Below the pieces are notes generated by a model. The model had not been told where the DNA came from, did not search any database, and was given only the letters and a program-made list of their open reading frames with translations. Positions 58,160-64,000 of a stretch of DNA of 64,000 nucleotides are shown here, one piece after another. The DNA is from Candidatus Poribacteria bacterium. Lineage in GTDB: Bacteria; Poribacteria; WGA-4E; WGA-3G. Each line of letters starts with the position of its first letter. The first letter of the stretch is position 1. Made by a program: the position numbers and the translations under genes. The stretch is taken from assembly GCA_965205015.1 (NCBI GenBank), contig OZ242029.1:608001-672000 (forward strand). The letters are read 5' to 3'.

Positions 58160-60208
58160 GTGGAGGGCGGTTCTACAGAAAGGCACTTCATTCATCAAAC
58201 CCGCCTCAACGAACCGCAAGGAATAATTAAAAAATTTGAAACTTCCTCGTCGCTCACATCATCACGAATTCCCGCCCACGGTGTCACCCTCAAATCTATT
58301 CTTATTGCTGTTATTCTAATACCGATTAACTGCTACTGGGTCATTGAGATGGAAGTTATTCGGTATTCAGGTCATCCTGTGACGATTTCGCTCTTTTTCA
58401 ATGTGATTTTCAGTCTGTTCTTGGTTATCGGTGTAAACTACCTATTGCGCCGTTTCATCCCGAGCCTCGCATTGGCACAAAGCGAGTTAGTCATTGTTTA
58501 CCTGATGCTTTCCATCGCTTCGGGAATTACGGGGCACGATATGCTTGAGATTTTGGTCCCGATGTTAGGGCATGCCTCCCGTTTCGCTACTCCGGAAAAC
58601 GAATGGCAACAGTTGTTTGTCCCCTTCCTGCCAAAGTGGCTCACCGTTAGCGACACGTCCCTTTTACACGGCTATTATGAGGGTGAGCTTCCTCTCTACA
58701 CAGTTGAAACATTGCTTGGCTGGGCAACGCCGGTCCTCTGGTGGACTGCCTTCATCACTATGTTGATTTTTGGCATGCTTTGCATCAATATAATTGTGCG
58801 TAAACAATGGATCGAACACGAGAAATTAAGTTACCCGATCATCCAACTCCCACTCCAATTGACGGAAACTCCACAGAACCGCCTCTTTCAAAATAAATTG
58901 ATGTGGCTCGGGTTTGGGATTGCTGGCGCGCTTGCGCTGTGGAATGGTGTTAATTTTCTGTATCCGGTTTTACCTGAACTCCGGACACGTGTGCGAAGCT
59001 TCCAAATTTTTACGGAGAGTCCGTGGAACGCTATGGGGAGAATCCCGTTTTCACTCTATCCATTCGCAATTGGACTTGGTTTCTTTATACCTCTTGATCT
59101 CTCGTTTTCATGCTGGTTCTTCTTCTGGTATTGGCGATTCATGCGAGTTCTCGGTGCCGCGCTTGGATTACGGAGTCTACCTCGTTTTCCGTACATGAAC
59201 GAGCAAGCAGCAGGTGGTTATCTCGCGCTATGCGTTTTGGCAATTTGGGCGAGTCGCAGACATCTATTGCATGTAGCGAAAACCGTTGTGGGACTCAATA
59301 CCCAACAGGACAATACTGCGATCAGCGCCTCAGGGCGCGAAACGCAGGAATCGATGTCCTATCGCGGGGCGACGCTCGGTCTTATCGCGGTAATGATATT
59401 TCTTGTGCTGTTCTGCTACTATGGCGGTGCTGAGCTTTGGGTAATGTTCGCATTTTTTGTTATCTATTACATGATTTCGATCGCCATAACTCGGATGCGC
59501 GCAGAACTCGGCACCCCTGTGCATGACCTGCACTACTCCGGTCCTGATGAAATTCTGACTCGGACTGTTGGAACACGGCGATTAGGGAGAGACAACCTTA
59601 TTATGTTTTCGATGTTTTGGTTTATCAATCGTGCGCATCGAAGCCATCCTATGCCGCACCAGCTCGAAGGTTTCAAAATCATGGAACGGACAAACATGAC
59701 GATGAACCGTATCATTTTCGCCTTGACACTTGCGACTATTTTGGGATCATTAGCAGGATTTTGGGCATTAATCGACCGCGGGTATCGGCTCGGCATGGAA
59801 GTACGCGCGTATTGGCCCTCTCTCAGTGCTTTTGGAATAGAACCGTATCGTCGCCTGGCGGGATGGTTGCAAGCCCCAGAAGAGACACTCATCCCTGAAA
59901 GCGGATTTATGGGCATAGGGTTCCTATTAACAACGGTGCTAATGTTCTTTCGCATGCGATTCGTATGGTGGCCATTTCATCCTGCAGGGTTCGCTATCTC
60001 CACGAGTTGGGGTATGAATGTCACGTGGAGCTGCCTCTTCATGAGCTGGTTAATCAAGTGGCTTATTCTTCAGTACGGCGGCGTCGTTCGGCACCGCAAG
60101 ATCGCTCCCTTTTTCTTAGGGTTAATTTTGGGGGAATTTACGGTCGGGAGTCTCTGGACAATCTTAGGGATTATCGCCGGTATTCCGACTTACGGGTTTT
60201 GGGTATAA
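58160..60208 (+). CDS. Large polytopic membrane protein (DUF6785/DUF6784-like, OPT-like); start uncertain
   Basis: RKQW...EKLSYPI..LP, FSCWFF, WWPFHPAGF, FFLGLILGE. The first ~25 codons derive from a repeat. Confidence 0.75.
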   Translation: MEGGSTERHFIHQTRLNEPQGIIKKFETSSSLTSSRIPAHGVTLKSILIAVILIPINCYWVIEMEVIRYSGHPVTISLFFNVIFSLFLVIGVNYLLRRFIPSLALAQSELVIVYLMLSIASGITGHDMLEILVPMLGHASRFATPENEWQQLFVPFLPKWLTVSDTSLLHGYYEGELPLYTVETLLGWATPVLWWTAFITMLIFGMLCINIIVRKQWIEHEKLSYPIIQLPLQLTETPQNRLFQNKLMWLGFGIAGALALWNGVNFLYPVLPELRTRVRSFQIFTESPWNAMGRIPFSLYPFAIGLGFFIPLDLSFSCWFFFWYWRFMRVLGAALGLRSLPRFPYMNEQAAGGYLALCVLAIWASRRHLLHVAKTVVGLNTQQDNTAISASGRETQESMSYRGATLGLIAVMIFLVLFCYYGGAELWVMFAFFVIYYMISIAITRMRAELGTPVHDLHYSGPDEILTRTVGTRRLGRDNLIMFSMFWFINRAHRSHPMPHQLEGFKIMERTNMTMNRIIFALTLATILGSLAGFWALIDRGYRLGMEVRAYWPSLSAFGIEPYRRLAGWLQAPEETLIPESGFMGIGFLLTTVLMFFRMRFVWWPFHPAGFAISTSWGMNVTWSCLFMSWLIKWLILQYGGVVRHRKIAPFFLGLILGEFTVGSLWTILGIIAGIPTYGFWV

Positions 60209-60267
60209 CAGTCGTCGAAGGATTTTCGGAGAAACCCGAACCAAAAGTAGTGACCAGACCTAATCGT

Positions 60268-63147
60268 TTAAAAATCGTCAGATCGCGACCCTACTGCCAA
60301 ATTCAGGGGCAATAACAGCAATGTTAGGCTAAACAGGAGCGTCCATTGCCATTGCCATTTGAGGGGTACCATTCCAAAAAATTGCGCTATCGGTTCAACA
60401 TAGAGCGTCGCCAAATGGAGTGCTATAATAACAAATGAAATAATGATGAGACGAGAGTTGGCAAGTACCCTTTGAACCAGCGATTCCCATGGATAACGTA
60501 ACGCTTGCCAACATGTAGCCAACTGCGTGAAAATCAGGGTGGTACACGCAGCGGTTCGCGCGATCGCAATATCCATAGCATTTGGATCTCCCATATCCCC
60601 AACGGAAAGGACATCTTTCATTAGCGTTGAAACACCGAGTGTATCGGACAATGCAGGTGAACGCCACAGGATAAAGAAGAAGGGAATAATTGTCATCAGA
60701 CTAATCGTCAGCGCGCGGCAAACGATGTCCAAGCCTGTCGTTTTTGAAAGGAAACGCGATCCCGAAAACAGCGTTGGACGGTGATGCCGGTTTGTATCGT
60801 TAGCATCCGCAAATATCCGTTCTGTGCCTGTAACGAAGGAGGGTAATAGCGTCAGGAGAAATTGGGTCCAAATTATCTGTGTTAACGTCAATGGCATAGG
60901 CATTTTATAGAGATAGTGTAGGACCGTCCCAAAAGCCAGTGTGAGAAGTAGGGAGAGCGTACAAGAAAAGTTCCACTGCAGAAAACTGGCGGCGTTATGG
61001 TAAGCCTCGCGCGCATGAAGCAGCACATCTCTTACCGCTTGAAAACCGCCCTTGTTAATGAGTCCATCGGCTGCGGCTTGTACAACATGTGATGCCTCGG
61101 ATCTATTCGCAAGTGTAATATCCGCAACCGTCATTGCTCGGAGGTCTATCCGACTTTGGCCCAAAAATCCTACTGCATGTCCTTGACGTTTTAAACTCAG
61201 GACGATATTCCGACGCTGATACCACGTTGGTTGCGAATAAGCAATCCACTTTGCTGTTTCACTATCGAGTTGTTCCCGCGAGACACTGTCAAGTTCCTCC
61301 CTTGACACCACTGCTTTTCGGTTATGGATAAGCCCAAGATCTTTTGCAAGATCGACCGTTTCTTGTTCTTCACCTTCAGTGACGAGGATAATTTTAAGCC
61401 CAGTATCAAGACTCGACTTCAGGATCGCCTTCGTCCGTTCATCGTTGTTGGCGGAAAAACTGATAAACCCTAAAAAGATAGGTGTGTATTCCATCTCTTG
61501 GGGTTTCAGAATAACATCAGAGGAATGAAAGGCGACGCCATAAGCCTGTGCTTTCGTACTCATCAGATAGTCTATGATTTCACTATATATTTCGTACCTA
61601 TCGTCCGATAAAGGGGTCGCTTCGCCATTAATGAGTACATAACCGCAAGTGTCAAGCACTGCTCGGGCGTCTCCAAAGATGACATTAAGATAATCCTCTG
61701 GTGCTGACTCAAAGACTTGCATTTGATACGGATAGTTCCGTGTGAAGGGATACGTATTCACCAAAGGAAGCCGAGTCCTCACACTTTCGAGTTGGTAGCC
61801 GAGTTTCTTCACATCCTTTTGAATGGCGATCTGGGGGGACAGTCCCATTTCGGAAGACATAGCTTCTGAAGTTGTCCGTAAGTTGAGGAGGTCGGCTCTG
61901 TCTGTATCCTGCCCATCAGAAGTACCGAGTCCCGCAGTGAACACTAAGTGTGGAGCACCCTGTGGAATTTTTCCGCCGGGTGACATTGACTCAATAGCTT
62001 TTTGTCGCTCTGTAGGGGTAAGCTCCTTGAGAGAATCTAACCAAGCGTTCCATGTTTTGCCATCCACCAATTGTTCATCAACGAAAAGATTTGAAATTGT
62101 TAGGGAGCGTGTCGTGGCAATCCCATTTTCATTGGCAAAAACAGTGGTAACGCGACTTAGTTTTTCAAGGCTACGTGAATTGCGTAGCACAACCCCTTTT
62201 TCCAACAATCTTTGGGCGTGTTTAGAAAAGAATAAACGGATCACTTGAATTACATCTTGCGGGGCAGATGCGACAGCAAATAGCATGCCTAAATGGATGA
62301 GAGATTGCCAATTGGTAGCCCGATTCTGATATTCAAACCACCACGCGATCGCAACGGCCACACCTCCCACAACCAGACCGATAATTTTTATTGTGGTATA
62401 TAAATCTCGTGTCTCACTTTCTGCGCGGGTATTCGCGATGATCGTTGGACGTGGATCCGGACGTTGCTTCCATATCTCCAATTGCCTCCCTGTTTGCACA
62501 ACGATCGCAAGTCCATGCCCTGCTACAACGTATGTCCCGCCGAACGCCATGTTTTTCTGTTTTTGAGGGGGTACAGCACTATCTTGAATATCCACCGCGA
62601 CCTTTTGCACAGGTTCCTCGGTCCCAAAGAGTCCTGATTCGTCAATCATCAGCCCTTCTGATTCAATGATCCTGGCATCAGCAGGTACATAGTCCCCTGC
62701 GCTGAAAGGGAGTAGATCCCCAGGCACGATGTCCTCTGGCGCGCACGCATCTAATTTCCCCTGTCGAATCACCTTGATACTATGTACCATACGCCTATTA
62801 TGGCGGGTATCACGGATGCGAATGCGATGTTCCATCATGTATGCAGACACGGCATGAATAACCAGAACGGCTCCAACAACACTGACTGCCTGAAGCGTAA
62901 CGTCGCTTGTACCGTTGGTCAAGGAAACACTCAGGATACCTGTGGCGACCCCTAAAACAATCACACGCCACGTGAGCAACGATTTAAGAAATGCTACAAA
63001 AGGAAACGCGTTTTCCTCTGGAGACACCTCGTTTTTACCGTGCCGTGCCTTCGCCTTTTGAAAGGCTTCCGCACTTAACCCCTGATCCATGTTGGAGTCG
63101 AATTTATTTAGTATTGATGCAATATTTTCCGCATGAAAATTTGACAT
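60268..63147 (-). CDS. P-type (PII-like) cation-transport ATPase homolog with degenerate catalytic motifs
   Basis: GLS...HGKNE, VIRQG, IVPGD...GDYVPADARI, PMPLT..QI.W; DKTGT, TGES and GDGVND are all replaced. Confidence 0.85.
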   Translation of the reverse strand: MSNFHAENIASILNKFDSNMDQGLSAEAFQKAKARHGKNEVSPEENAFPFVAFLKSLLTWRVIVLGVATGILSVSLTNGTSDVTLQAVSVVGAVLVIHAVSAYMMEHRIRIRDTRHNRRMVHSIKVIRQGKLDACAPEDIVPGDLLPFSAGDYVPADARIIESEGLMIDESGLFGTEEPVQKVAVDIQDSAVPPQKQKNMAFGGTYVVAGHGLAIVVQTGRQLEIWKQRPDPRPTIIANTRAESETRDLYTTIKIIGLVVGGVAVAIAWWFEYQNRATNWQSLIHLGMLFAVASAPQDVIQVIRLFFSKHAQRLLEKGVVLRNSRSLEKLSRVTTVFANENGIATTRSLTISNLFVDEQLVDGKTWNAWLDSLKELTPTERQKAIESMSPGGKIPQGAPHLVFTAGLGTSDGQDTDRADLLNLRTTSEAMSSEMGLSPQIAIQKDVKKLGYQLESVRTRLPLVNTYPFTRNYPYQMQVFESAPEDYLNVIFGDARAVLDTCGYVLINGEATPLSDDRYEIYSEIIDYLMSTKAQAYGVAFHSSDVILKPQEMEYTPIFLGFISFSANNDERTKAILKSSLDTGLKIILVTEGEEQETVDLAKDLGLIHNRKAVVSREELDSVSREQLDSETAKWIAYSQPTWYQRRNIVLSLKRQGHAVGFLGQSRIDLRAMTVADITLANRSEASHVVQAAADGLINKGGFQAVRDVLLHAREAYHNAASFLQWNFSCTLSLLLTLAFGTVLHYLYKMPMPLTLTQIIWTQFLLTLLPSFVTGTERIFADANDTNRHHRPTLFSGSRFLSKTTGLDIVCRALTISLMTIIPFFFILWRSPALSDTLGVSTLMKDVLSVGDMGDPNAMDIAIARTAACTTLIFTQLATCWQALRYPWESLVQRVLANSRLIIISFVIIALHLATLYVEPIAQFFGMVPLKWQWQWTLLFSLTLLLLPLNLAVGSRSDDF

Positions 63148-63244
63148 GTTTTTACTGGTTATCGGTTATCAGTTACAAGAGGGTGTTGTTAAACGAAAAC
63201 CTCTTAACCAACACCTATTAAGAGCGGTGCCCAGATTTAATCGC

Positions 63245-64000
63245 CTAAAAAACGCTTGCTCCGTGAGCATCCGGCTTCAAAATTTTAATATCGGATGCAA
63301 TCTCGTGCTTTTTAAAGGCAGTTTGCATCTTCTCAGCAACCTGTTCGGTATGCTCCAGACAATAGGCTGCGATAGTTGGTCCTGCTCCACTCAAAGCAAC
63401 GCTAAGGGCGCCAGCGGTGGTAGCGGCTTCTGCGACATCATCAAATCCTGGAATCAGTGAAGTACGATAAGGTTGATGCAACCTATCCTTCATTGCGACA
63501 CGCAACATTTCAAATTGTCTCGTGGCAATACTGGCGATTAGCAGTGTGCTCCGACTTGTATTGTAGATTGCATCTGCAAAACCGACTGATGTCGGTAATA
63601 CCCCGCGTGCTTGTTCCGTTGACAGTGGAAAATCAGGAATCGCCAATACAATCGAAAGGAGGGACGGACATTCTAATCGAACGGTATGAACCTGAGCATC
63701 CTCCTGCGCTGAAACGACGAGTCCACCATACAGTGAGGCGGCGACGTTATCCGGATGCCCTTCCAGTTCTGTTGCAAAATTGAGAAGTTCTTTGTCAGAA
63801 AATGGAGTGCCGCAGAGTGTGTTTGCAGTAAGCAACCCACCAAGAATAGCTGTTCCACTGCCGCCGAGACCACGAATCGCCGGGATCCCATTTTCGATCT
63901 GCAATCTGAAGCCTTTCGGACGTTTCGCGCCGCTGCGATGGAAAACGAGTTCTACCGCTTGAAACGCGACATGCGCCGGCGTACTCGGTATTTTATCGGC
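63245..64000 (-). CDS. thrB: Homoserine kinase, 5' end outside window
   Basis: IP..RGLGGSG, EGHPDNVA, DRLHQPYR, LSGAGPT. Confidence 0.95.
   Translation of the reverse strand, partial: ADKIPSTPAHVAFQAVELVFHRSGAKRPKGFRLQIENGIPAIRGLGGSGTAILGGLLTANTLCGTPFSDKELLNFATELEGHPDNVAASLYGGLVVSAQEDAQVHTVRLECPSLLSIVLAIPDFPLSTEQARGVLPTSVGFADAIYNTSRSTLLIASIATRQFEMLRVAMKDRLHQPYRTSLIPGFDDVAEAATTAGALSVALSGAGPTIAAYCLEHTEQVAEKMQTAFKKHEIASDIKILKPDAHGASVF

Noticed and set aside
59315-59348. Nested hairpin inside the membrane gene as another in-frame repeat
   Set aside because: The stems are short and I found no matching intergenic copy in this window.

Overview
Bacterial chromosomal window (~48% GC by eye). The gene mix (WD40 protein with a 'WALPEGAIARLG' N-terminus, three PhyH dioxygenases, a sulfatase-fold hydrolase, a DUF6785-type membrane protein, many short palindromic repeats) resembles Candidatus Poribacteria or related sponge symbionts; this is inference. 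Core genes (rhaI, comF, smc, recG, nadK, recN, fused IOR, aroE, zapA, rsgA, uppS, thrB) are interrupted by two accessory zones. Zone ~6.6-16.3 kb has orphan antitoxin-like genes, a TnpB-only IS605/IS1341 element with exact ends, an IS4/IS701-like element, two IS3 remnants, duplicated membrane-protein genes and small hypotheticals. Zone ~28.8-35.7 kb has ISAs1, a lipoprotein, a frameshifted DUF2971-like gene, a thermonuclease and a single-chain R-M enzyme. The top finding is a three-copy 5' leader RNA with compensatory changes in five helices. It is predicted to hide the SD and start codon of a short leader ORF coupled to the next gene, and it sits upstream of both tnpB and the two membrane-protein paralogs. 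Other highlights: a cloverleaf RNA sharing a 23-nt motif with the uppS leader, a full-length P-type ATPase with all catalytic motifs replaced, a RelE partner with a duplicated N-terminal domain, and repeat families inserted in-frame in core genes. All calls were made by eye, without database searches.
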